Source of the DNA: Myxococcota bacterium
GTDB lineage: Bacteria; Myxococcota_A; UBA796; UBA2385
Direction: 5' to 3'
Length of the DNA: 64,000 nt
Assembly: GCA_044344255.1 (NCBI GenBank)
Contig: JBIJDH010000002.1
Coordinates: forward strand, 352,001 to 416,000
Made by a program: the position numbers and the translations under genes. Below are positions 25,161 through 33,831 of this stretch, one piece after another (within the stretch, counting starts at the first letter, position 1; every line of letters starts with the position of its first letter). The notes under the pieces are model-generated. The model had not been told where the DNA came from and made no database searches. It worked only from the letters and a program-made list of their open reading frames with translations.

Positions 25161-27139
25161 GGGGACGCCCCGTCTTCGGTCGAGCCCTCATCTTCCGGGC
25201 CGATGACCGGGAAGCCCTCCATCGCGCTCTGCAAGAAGTCCCGGTACAAGTGGGCCGCCTCGATGTTGTCGAAGATGGCGAAGTGACCGTCATCCGGGAA
25301 CTGTGCGAGGCCGCCGGTGACGTAGGCGTTGTTCCAAGCGCGGAGGTTGAGCTCGACAGGGGTCTCGACGGTGTCGAGCTCCTGGGCCGCCTGCACGGTG
25401 GCCTCTGCGAACGCGGGGGCGAGGATCGGGTGGTGGGCGGCCCCGGCCAGCACCTCGATCGCGACAGGCGGTGTGTAGATGTCCTGCAGGCCCTCGAACA
25501 TCAGCACATGGGCGGGGGTCCCCTCCCACTCGGGCGCGCGGTGGTGCCAGTAGGGCGCGTAGTTCAAGGGATCGGTGGCCTCGGCCACGGTCTGGACGAG
25601 CCCGACGACGGGGTGGGTCTCGGTGAGCGACTCGTCGTCCTGAAAATGGAGGGCCGAGCGCAGGATCGCCTGGATGTCGATGTCACCGGCGTCCCGCTTC
25701 ACGACGCTCAGCGAGAGGCCGCCGCCGGCCCCGGAGAGCACCACGGCGCGCGCGTCGTCACCGAAGAAGGGGGCGGCGAGGATGCCGATCTCACCGCCGT
25801 GCGAGTGGCCGAGGTAGGCGATCTTCTCGGGGTTGGTCCGCGCGTCGAGCTCGCTGTCGTTCGCGCGGGCCGGCTCGGCCCAGAAGTGGTGCGGCTGACC
25901 GTGGAGCACGTGCGCGAGGTAGAGCTGCTCGAGCGCGGCCTCGCGGAAGGAGGTCCGGCCGCTCGTGGGGTTGAGATAGTTGAAGGAGAGGATGGCGGGA
26001 TCTCCGCCCTTCCAGCGGTCGCCGTGGAAGGGCAACGCGATGCCGAAGGCGGCCATGCCGCCGCGCGCCAGCTGGCCAGCGATCTCGAGCGGGTCGTCGG
26101 ACTCGAAGTGGCTGCCCGCGTCGCCGCCGGTGCCGTGTCCTTGGATGACCACGGGCCAGCCGTCGGCGGGGACGGAGTCTGGGTCCGTGGGCACGCTGAA
26201 CACGAACTGGCAGTGCTCCCATCCGGCGAGGATGGGCTCTCCGTCGGCGTCGAACTCGAATTGCCCGCCCTCGGCGGTGTAGGGGGACTCGCCGTGGGTC
26301 CAGATCGGGATGTCGAGCGAGCCGGAGAAGGCCTTGAACACGCCGTTCTCGTTGAAGGGCACGAGCTCTTGGCTGAGGTCTGGCACCGGCAGCGCCTTCA
26401 CGGCGCGGGCGAGCCGCCCCATCTCGGCGGTGGGGTCCTGGGTGGTGAAGACCGTCGCCAGCGCGACCGTGTCGGTGCTGACATGGAGCGAGAAGAGGGT
26501 CTCGTGGAGGTCTTGGTAGTCCGCATGGCGGGGGTCGTCCTCGCGCCAGACGTCGTCGAAGCCCGCGACTGGCCGGGCGAGGTCGGTGGTGAGCACGAGG
26601 GCGTAGCGGTTGTGCGGCCGCAGCGGCAGCCCCCAGACGGGCTGGATGGCCAGCAGGTTCTCGGGCTGCCAGGTGGTGGCCTCGGCCTGCCAGGCCCAGG
26701 TCCAGGGGACGAGCTCGCCGCGGTGAGGGCTCTGCCGGTCGATGTCGAGCAAGTAGATCGGGCTGCCGGGCTCGGCGCTGCGCCGCCAGCCGGGGAGGCG
26801 CTCGGTGTCGAGGGGGCCATCGAAGCGGACGTACAGCGGCGCGTTGGTGCCGAAGCCGTCCAGCCGCGCCGCCTCTCCGACGTAGCGCTTGACGAGCTCG
26901 TTGTCGGCGGCCTGCGGGAAGTCGGAGAGGTCGGGGTGGCCGTCTATGAGGCGGTCGTCGGAGGGCCAGGGCCGGTCGAAGAAGCCGGCGCCTTCGGTCA
27001 TCGGCGTTGGCCCGCCGAAGAGCAAGGAGCAGCCCGGCAGGAGCGCGAGCAGCCCCAAGCCGGGCCCCAGCAGCGAGCGCGACCTGGCGAGGGAGCTGGC
27101 GAGCGATGGGCGACGGGGGAGGGGAGGGAGGTGCTTCAC
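25157..27139 (-). CDS. lipoprotein with N-terminal Ig-like region and alpha/beta-hydrolase domain
   Basis: Lipobox LPGC; PWPSD, DGFG, FTTQD; HGTGG oxyanion region; nucleophile elbow GHSHGG; GLQD and GH near the C-terminus. Confidence 0.8.
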   Translation of the reverse strand: MKHLPPLPRRPSLASSLARSRSLLGPGLGLLALLPGCSLLFGGPTPMTEGAGFFDRPWPSDDRLIDGHPDLSDFPQAADNELVKRYVGEAARLDGFGTNAPLYVRFDGPLDTERLPGWRRSAEPGSPIYLLDIDRQSPHRGELVPWTWAWQAEATTWQPENLLAIQPVWGLPLRPHNRYALVLTTDLARPVAGFDDVWREDDPRHADYQDLHETLFSLHVSTDTVALATVFTTQDPTAEMGRLARAVKALPVPDLSQELVPFNENGVFKAFSGSLDIPIWTHGESPYTAEGGQFEFDADGEPILAGWEHCQFVFSVPTDPDSVPADGWPVVIQGHGTGGDAGSHFESDDPLEIAGQLARGGMAAFGIALPFHGDRWKGGDPAILSFNYLNPTSGRTSFREAALEQLYLAHVLHGQPHHFWAEPARANDSELDARTNPEKIAYLGHSHGGEIGILAAPFFGDDARAVVLSGAGGGLSLSVVKRDAGDIDIQAILRSALHFQDDESLTETHPVVGLVQTVAEATDPLNYAPYWHHRAPEWEGTPAHVLMFEGLQDIYTPPVAIEVLAGAAHHPILAPAFAEATVQAAQELDTVETPVELNLRAWNNAYVTGGLAQFPDDGHFAIFDNIEAAHLYRDFLQSAMEGFPVIGPEDEGSTEDGASP

Positions 27140-27286
27140 GGGGGCTCGTTAACCCGCCTCTGAAGGCCGGGGTTGTCGCCCGTCGACGGCCTTTGGCCGG
27201 CGGGCTCGGTCAAGCCGCTCGCCGTCGGTTAGAGCCGGCTCGGCCCGTGGGCCGAAGCTCGCACATCCCCCAGCTCTGGGTTCTCC

Positions 27287-28792
27287 GTGACCGTCCGCAC
27301 CCGAATCGCTCCTTCGCCCACCGGCGATCCGCACGTCGGCACCGCCTACGTCGCCCTGTTCAACTACTGCTTCGCCAAGGCCCATGGCGGGCAGTTTCTG
27401 CTGCGCATCGAGGACACCGACCAGGTGCGGAGCACGGCTGAGTCGGAGCAGATGATCCTCGAGGCCCTCCGCTGGGTGGGGCTCAGCTGGGATGAGGGCC
27501 CAGACGTGGGCGGTCCGCACGGGCCTTACCGTCAGTCGGACCGCAGCGAGATCTATAAGGAGCACACCGAGCGCCTTGTCACGAGCGGGCACGCGTTCCG
27601 CTGCTTCTGCACGGGGGCCGAGCTCAGCGAGATGCGCCAGCAGCAGAAGGTGGCCGGCAAGAACCCTGGCTACGACGGCCGCTGTCGCCAGCTCTCCCAG
27701 GCGGAGGTGGCCAGCCGGCTCGCCCGCGGGGATGAGTCCGTGGTGCGGATGGACGTCCCCCGCGAGGGGGCTTGCATTGTCCAGGACATGCTGCGCGGCG
27801 AGATCAGCATCGAGTGGTCGGCGGTCGACATGCAGGTGCTGATGAAGTCGGACGGCCTGCCGACCTACCACCTCGCCAACGTGGTCGACGACCACCTGAT
27901 GGGCATCACCCACGTGCTGCGGGGGGAGGAGTGGATCAACTCCGCGCCCAAGCACCTCTTGCTCTATCGATACTTCGGCTGGGAGGCGCCCACCCTCTGC
28001 CACCTGCCGCTGCTCCGCAACCCCGACCGCAGCAAGCTCTCGAAGCGCAAGAACCCGACGAGCATCCTCTGGTATCGCCGAATGGGCTACCTGCCCGAGG
28101 CCCTGCTCAACTACCTCGGCCTGATGGCCTGGTCGATGCCCGACGGCCGGGAGCTCTTCAGCCTCGAGGACATGGCGGGTGACTTCTCGCTCAGCCGGGT
28201 CTCCCTCGGCGGGCCGGTCTTTGACCTCCAGAAGCTCGACTGGCTGAACGCCCGCTACATCCGGGAGGTGCTCACCGACGAGGTCTTCGCCGAGCGGGTC
28301 CGCGGCTGGGCCTTTCAGGAGGGCTACCTTCGGCAGGTCGCCGCGCTGGCCCGCCAGCGGGTCACCACGCTGGGTGACCTCGGCGCGCTCTGCGCCTTCT
28401 TCTTCTCGGGCAAGATCGAGGTCTCGGCGGAGGCCCTGCTCGCGGCCGCCGGGAAGCTCGGCAAGGACGGCCTCCGCAAGGCCCTCTACGTCGTGATGCA
28501 GAACATGAGCGCCATCCCCGCCTGGGAGCGCGGGGCGGTCGAGGTGATGATGCGCGCCTCCGGAGACCAGCTCGGCTGGAAGGCGCGCGACTTCTTCAAG
28601 CCCTTCTACGTGGCGATCGCCGGCACGCCGGCCTCCGTCCCGCTCTTTGACTCGATGACCCTGCTCGGTCGCGACGTCTCCCGCTACCGGGTCAAGATGG
28701 CCCTCGACCGCGTGGGCGCGCCCACGAACGACGAGATCGAAGCCTGGGACGCCGAGCGGAAGGCCAGGTCGGAGGCAGAGGCCGAGGCCTGA
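27287..28792 (+). CDS. gltX: glutamate--tRNA ligase
   Basis: RIAPSPTGDPHVG (HIGH), LRIEDTD, PTYHLANVVDD, KLSKR (KMSKS). Confidence 0.97.
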   Translation: MTVRTRIAPSPTGDPHVGTAYVALFNYCFAKAHGGQFLLRIEDTDQVRSTAESEQMILEALRWVGLSWDEGPDVGGPHGPYRQSDRSEIYKEHTERLVTSGHAFRCFCTGAELSEMRQQQKVAGKNPGYDGRCRQLSQAEVASRLARGDESVVRMDVPREGACIVQDMLRGEISIEWSAVDMQVLMKSDGLPTYHLANVVDDHLMGITHVLRGEEWINSAPKHLLLYRYFGWEAPTLCHLPLLRNPDRSKLSKRKNPTSILWYRRMGYLPEALLNYLGLMAWSMPDGRELFSLEDMAGDFSLSRVSLGGPVFDLQKLDWLNARYIREVLTDEVFAERVRGWAFQEGYLRQVAALARQRVTTLGDLGALCAFFFSGKIEVSAEALLAAAGKLGKDGLRKALYVVMQNMSAIPAWERGAVEVMMRASGDQLGWKARDFFKPFYVAIAGTPASVPLFDSMTLLGRDVSRYRVKMALDRVGAPTNDEIEAWDAERKARSEAEAEA

Positions 28793-28816
28793 CGCCCCAC
28801 CCGGGCTCGTGGTCGA

Positions 28817-28856
28817 TGGATCGGCCACCCTGGAGCTGGACCGGGCACCCTGGAGC
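28817..28856. repeat. 20-bp tandem duplication between convergent genes
   Basis: TGGATCGGCCACCCTGGAGC / TGGACCGGGCACCCTGGAGC (18/20 identical). Confidence 0.85.
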
Positions 28857-28879
28857 AGGGCGCCCCCGACGCGGGGAGG

Positions 28880-29947
28880 TCAGCGCCTCCGAGGACTTGG
28901 GGGCGCCGGGTCTGTCGCGTCGGCGGCGCCGTCCTCACAGACCTCGTTCAACTGAAAGGGGTCCACGCGGGCGGGCGCGGGCCCCAGAGCGTACGGATAG
29001 GGTTCGTCGAGGACGATCGGCAGCTCATGCCCCTCTCCGGGGGCGGCCTTCCAGGCCCGGCAGATGCGGTCGCTGCGGTTGAGCAGGGTGCTGCGCACCG
29101 CCTCCTGGAGGGCAGGGTTGTAGACCGGCGGGTTCTGGACCTCGTCGAAGGTCCAGTCGATCCAGTCCGACCAGTCAAAGTCCCGCACCTTCTCGAGGCA
29201 GCCGTCCTCCCGGCGATCGAAGAGGCTGTCGGGCTGGAGCATGTCGGCGTAGAAGCGAAAGCCATGGTAGTTGGCCGAGAGATCGGCATACGAGAAGACG
29301 CCCGTGGTGCTCTGGCCCCAGACCGCCCGCTCGGTGCGGGTGCCCCAGGCGACCGCGGTGAGGGGGTCTTGCCCGCCCTCGGACTTTCGAAAGTAGAAGT
29401 AGCCCTGCACCAGGAAGTGGTCGATCTTGTCGGCCCCGAGCAGCACCTCACCCATGTGGAAGGTGGAGCAGGGCCCGAAGATGGCGAGCAGCGGGTTCTG
29501 CCACACCGTGAGCTCGCCGTAGATGTCGGTGCGCTCCGAGAAGGTGCGGCGGGCGATGGTGGGGTCGGTCTCGAGCCAGGCGGCGTAGGCCCCGAAGCCC
29601 ATCGCCGGCAGCTCCCCGCGCGGGGGGACCCGGGTGTCCTTCCCGACGATCTCGTAGACCTCGTGGGCGAGAGAGCGCCGCTGCTCCTCGTCGTCGCCGA
29701 CGCAGCGGGTCTTGCGGTTGGACTCCGCCACCGCCAGCGAGAGCATCTCGTTCATCTTTTCGTTGGCCGGCCCGAGGACATCGACGAGCGGGACGTCGCG
29801 ATCGGTGAGCTGATCGGTCTCGTAGGCGGCCGCGGGGGCGGCGATCAACCCGAGCAGGCTCCCGCCGCCGATCCGCAGCCAGGCGGCGCCGGAGCGGCCG
29901 ACCATGGCGAGCGGCGCGGGCAGGGAGAGGGGAGGTCTGAGGCGCAT
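28880..29947 (-). CDS. secreted hypothetical protein
   Basis: Signal peptide before YETDQ; conserved-looking GADKIDHF...TE...GVFSYADLSAN motifs. Confidence 0.7.
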   Translation of the reverse strand: MRLRPPLSLPAPLAMVGRSGAAWLRIGGGSLLGLIAAPAAAYETDQLTDRDVPLVDVLGPANEKMNEMLSLAVAESNRKTRCVGDDEEQRRSLAHEVYEIVGKDTRVPPRGELPAMGFGAYAAWLETDPTIARRTFSERTDIYGELTVWQNPLLAIFGPCSTFHMGEVLLGADKIDHFLVQGYFYFRKSEGGQDPLTAVAWGTRTERAVWGQSTTGVFSYADLSANYHGFRFYADMLQPDSLFDRREDGCLEKVRDFDWSDWIDWTFDEVQNPPVYNPALQEAVRSTLLNRSDRICRAWKAAPGEGHELPIVLDEPYPYALGPAPARVDPFQLNEVCEDGAADATDPAPPSPRRR

Positions 29948-30181
29948 CGTGGCTGGGATCCGAGGTACGAAGAGCAGGGCGTCAACCCGTCCTCATATCG
30001 CCATCATCCCGACACCATCCAGGACTCTGCCTGTATCAATGCGGTGACAGGGCCGCCGGACCCGAGCACCGGCCGGGCGCACCGCCGGGCACACCGCCGG
30101 GGGCGACTTGTACGGGGCGCCGTCGCTGTTGTAGGGTCCGACCACTTCGCCACCGAGGATCTCACCGATGGGTTCAGCACC

Positions 30182-30871
30182 ATGACATCCCGCCGCCGCG
30201 CCCTGCCCCTGCTCGGTCTCGCCTGTGCGCTCACCCCGTTGTCCTGCGCCCCGCAAGGCTTCGCCTTTGTGTCGATCCACCCGACCTGGGCCTATCCGGA
30301 CGGCTGCCGGACCGTGACCCTGTCCGGCCATGGCTTCGGAGACTCCGTCACCGCCACGATCGGCGGCGCGGAGGTCGAGTCCGTGGCGGCGCCGGAGCGG
30401 GAGCTCGACCAGGGCTTCCTCGTGACGGGCGTGGTCCCCGCGAATTCGAGCGGCGTGGCGGGCCCGGTGGCGGTCACGCTGAAGACCGGCGGCGACTCCG
30501 CCACCCTCGAGGACGCGTTCTACTTCCTCGACTGCCCGAGCGCCGGCTACGTCGAGACCGTCGACCTCTCGACGGGCCTGCTCGGCGGCGAGACGATCAC
30601 CCTCGACGGCTGTGGCCTCGACGCCAGCGCGCTCCAGGTGCAGATCACCCAGGACACCGAGGCCGGATCGGCGGTCGCGGCGACCGCGCCCCTGACCAGC
30701 ACCTGCCGGACGACCACCGCCGCCTTTATCGCCCCTACCCTCCCGGCGGGCTCCTACCACCTCACCATCGCCGACATGAGCGGGAACCAGGTCTTTCCCG
30801 CCCCTTGTGACACCGCGGACACCGGCCTCTCCTGCCTGGGCGTCGAGCTGACCTACGGGGGTGCCCAGTGA
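30182..30871 (+). CDS. IPT/TIG-domain lipoprotein
   Basis: Lipobox PLSC; SIHPTWAYPDG..TVTLSGHGF...TIGG; second GGETITLDG repeat; GTGA overlap with the transporter gene. Confidence 0.75.
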   Translation: MTSRRRALPLLGLACALTPLSCAPQGFAFVSIHPTWAYPDGCRTVTLSGHGFGDSVTATIGGAEVESVAAPERELDQGFLVTGVVPANSSGVAGPVAVTLKTGGDSATLEDAFYFLDCPSAGYVETVDLSTGLLGGETITLDGCGLDASALQVQITQDTEAGSAVAATAPLTSTCRTTTAAFIAPTLPAGSYHLTIADMSGNQVFPAPCDTADTGLSCLGVELTYGGAQ

Positions 30872-33774
30872 ACCATCGCCTCTTGATCCTCTTCCCCAGC
30901 GTCTGGATGGTCTCCGCCGTCGCCGAGGCCGGCGAGACCGGCAACCTCCGCGGAGAGGTCGTGGACGGACAGGGGCTCGCCGTCCCCAACGCCCTCGTCA
31001 CCTTGAGCGGCGCCAACCTCGCCGGTGTCCGCCAGGTCCAGGCGGACGCCAGCGGCGGCTTCAAGCTGATCGCGCTGCCGCCGGGTCAACACGACATCCG
31101 CATCGAGGCGGCCGGCTTCAAGCCTACGATCTCCAAGGTCGTCGTCCGCCTCGACGAGACGGCGACGGTGCAGATCGCGCTGCAGATGGCGGTGGGCTCC
31201 GAGGAGATCGTGGTCGAGGCCGAGCTCCCGGTCATCGACACGACGAGGAGCGCGATCTCGTCCGAGATCAGCGCCTCCCAGCTTCAGAACCTGCCGGTTG
31301 GCCGGAGCTACCAGGACGCGGTGAACACCATCCCGGGCGTCTATGGCCGCGTCAACACGCAGGAGGGCGGGCCGAGCACCGGCAACCCCTCCGTGCGCGG
31401 CGAGGGGAGCTATGGCAACAATTACCTCGTCGACGGCATCTCCACCCGGGATCCGGCCACCAAGACCTTCGGCTCTGACGTCAATTTTGACGCCATCGAG
31501 TCCATTCAGGTCTACACCGACGGCGCCCCCGCCGAGTTTGGACAGGCGACGGGAATGACCGTCAACGTCGTCACCAAGGACGGCGGAGACAAGGCCTTCG
31601 GCTCGGTCGGCTACTACGTGAATTTCGACGCGAGTCCGGGCACCTACAAGCGCCTCAACCTCGACACCGGCCTCGAGGAGGCTACGAAGAAGCGCGACTT
31701 CTTCAACCAGGAGCTCTCCCTCACCGCGGGCGGCGCGGTGGTCAAAGAGAAGCTGTGGTACTTCGTCGCCCTCGAGGGCTCGTACAACCACATCTTGTAC
31801 GAGGGTATGCCGGAGGCCTACCCCTACTCCGGGCCCTCTGTCGCCGGCTTCGCCAAGCTCACGTGGTTTGTCACCCCAGACTTCACGCTCCAGTACCAGA
31901 TCTCCCCCGAGTACTCGAGCATCGCCAACCATGACACCTCCGGGGTCTACGCCCCCGAGGCCCAGGAGCGGCGCCTCGACAAGGCGCTCGGCCACATCTT
32001 CACGATGCGGTGGCGGCCCTCCGGCACCAACGAGCTCGAATTCAAGGTGAGCTACCTTCCGACCAGCCTCGACTCCGTGCCGATGAGCGACGACGAAGAT
32101 GTGCCCTCGATCCAGAACGTAGACACGGGGCAGTACACCCAGAACTACGGCAGCTACGACATCAACAAGCGGTCGCGCTTCGGCGGCAGCCTGAAGTTCA
32201 CGCAGCTCATCAATGACTTCGTGGGTGATCATCGTGTCAAGACGGGCGCCGAGGCGTGGGTGCTCCACGACTCGCGGGAGCTCTCTTTCACCGGCCCGAG
32301 CGGGGAGGCGGTGGACGCCTCCTGGGACGAGGATCTCGATCCCCAGCCCTATGACGGCATCCAGTATTACTCCTCGCCCTCGGCCGGGCTCCCCTGTACG
32401 GAGGCCGCTGGCTACACCGACTGTTACGGCTTTCGGGCCTACCAGGACGTGGGTGAGCCGCTGGGGCACAAGGGCAGCATCTTCGGGGCCTTCCTGCAGG
32501 ATGACTGGCAGCCCATCGAGCCCCTCACCTTGAACCTCGGCGTGCGCGTCGACTATGAGGCCTTGTACCAGAATAACGGTGACAAGGTGGTCGGCAACGT
32601 GATGCCGGCTCCCCGCTTCGGCCTCGCCTGGGACATCACGAAGGACTCCCGGACCCTGCTCAGCGTCAACGCGGGCCGCTACTTCGACCTCTCCGGCAAC
32701 ACCTTCGCGGGCTGGGGTGACACCCGATCTTCGTTCATCTACGGCGAGTATCGGCGAGACCCCTCTACCGGTGACTATTACGGCTACTACGAGCAGAACC
32801 CCGAGACGGACCCGCTCGTCTACTGTACAGAGTCGAGCATCAGTCAGTACGAGGACTTCCTGAAGGAGCTCGGCTACGTGGACGGGGCGATCAAGGAGGA
32901 GCGTAAGCTGGTCGACAAGTACTGCGGCGACGGCCTGAAGCCCTACCACATGGACAAGGCCGTCATCGGCATCCAGCGGGAGGTCATCCCGCTGCTCGCC
33001 GTCGGTATCCGGGCCATCGTCTCTGAGACGACCAACCTCCCCGAGGACGTCGACACGAACCTCACCACCTGGGTGATCACCAACCCGGAGAGCAAGCGGC
33101 GCGACTACAAGGCCCTCGAGCTGACGGTGGAGCGAAAGTACGACGAGCGCTGGCAGGCCATGGTGGGCTACACCCTGTCGGCCGCCAAGGGCACCAACCC
33201 CGGCCAGTTCGAGCTCTCCTCCGGCGGTCAGTCGGGATCCAACGGGAATGAGGTCGGTGTCTATCTCGATGACGTGAATGACCCAGCCTGGCGTGACATC
33301 TACTACGGCGCCGCCCCCACCCTGATCGATGGGCTGAACGGGCTCGGCACCACCTCGGACACAGCGGGCTGGTACGGCTATCTGCCCTATCACTCCTTTC
33401 ATCAGGTGAAGGCCAGCGGCTATTACAGCATCCCCGAGGGATCCATGAGCACCACCCTCGGGCTCGTCTACGAGTTCGACAGCGGTCACGCCTGGCAGAA
33501 GCGCGGCTTCGTCGAGATCTACGGTGACTACATGGGCTTCCCCGAGGGGCGTGGCACCCGCACGATGCCGGCGGTCCACTATGTGGACTTCCACGTCGGT
33601 CAGAAGTTCAACTTCCGAGAGTCGGGCAGCCTCGAGGTCACCGCGGACATCTTCAACCTCCCCGACCTCGAGACGCCGATCACCTATTACGAGAACGACA
33701 ACGCGAGCTTCGGCACCGTCCTCTACCGACAGGAGCCCCGCTCGATGCGGCTCGGGCTCAAGGTCAATTACTGA
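30868..33774 (+). CDS. Oar-like TonB-dependent receptor with N-terminal carboxypeptidase-regulatory-like domain
   Basis: GNLRGEVVDGQGLAVPNALVTL; plug LPVGRSYQD, NNYLVDG, PAEFGQATG..VNVVTK; FLQDDW, PRFGLAWD, terminal PRSMRLGLKVNY. Confidence 0.92.
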   Translation: MNHRLLILFPSVWMVSAVAEAGETGNLRGEVVDGQGLAVPNALVTLSGANLAGVRQVQADASGGFKLIALPPGQHDIRIEAAGFKPTISKVVVRLDETATVQIALQMAVGSEEIVVEAELPVIDTTRSAISSEISASQLQNLPVGRSYQDAVNTIPGVYGRVNTQEGGPSTGNPSVRGEGSYGNNYLVDGISTRDPATKTFGSDVNFDAIESIQVYTDGAPAEFGQATGMTVNVVTKDGGDKAFGSVGYYVNFDASPGTYKRLNLDTGLEEATKKRDFFNQELSLTAGGAVVKEKLWYFVALEGSYNHILYEGMPEAYPYSGPSVAGFAKLTWFVTPDFTLQYQISPEYSSIANHDTSGVYAPEAQERRLDKALGHIFTMRWRPSGTNELEFKVSYLPTSLDSVPMSDDEDVPSIQNVDTGQYTQNYGSYDINKRSRFGGSLKFTQLINDFVGDHRVKTGAEAWVLHDSRELSFTGPSGEAVDASWDEDLDPQPYDGIQYYSSPSAGLPCTEAAGYTDCYGFRAYQDVGEPLGHKGSIFGAFLQDDWQPIEPLTLNLGVRVDYEALYQNNGDKVVGNVMPAPRFGLAWDITKDSRTLLSVNAGRYFDLSGNTFAGWGDTRSSFIYGEYRRDPSTGDYYGYYEQNPETDPLVYCTESSISQYEDFLKELGYVDGAIKEERKLVDKYCGDGLKPYHMDKAVIGIQREVIPLLAVGIRAIVSETTNLPEDVDTNLTTWVITNPESKRRDYKALELTVERKYDERWQAMVGYTLSAAKGTNPGQFELSSGGQSGSNGNEVGVYLDDVNDPAWRDIYYGAAPTLIDGLNGLGTTSDTAGWYGYLPYHSFHQVKASGYYSIPEGSMSTTLGLVYEFDSGHAWQKRGFVEIYGDYMGFPEGRGTRTMPAVHYVDFHVGQKFNFRESGSLEVTADIFNLPDLETPITYYENDNASFGTVLYRQEPRSMRLGLKVNY

Positions 33775-33803
33775 TCGGGTTACGGATGGGGTTACGGATG
33801 GGA
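33768..33803 (+). repeat. three 12-bp tandem units; the first contains the transporter stop codon
   Basis: TTACTGATCGGG / TTACGGATGGGG / TTACGGATGGGA. Confidence 0.8.
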
Positions 33804-33831
33804 TCTGTCGCAGACGGGGAACGCTGAGCGC

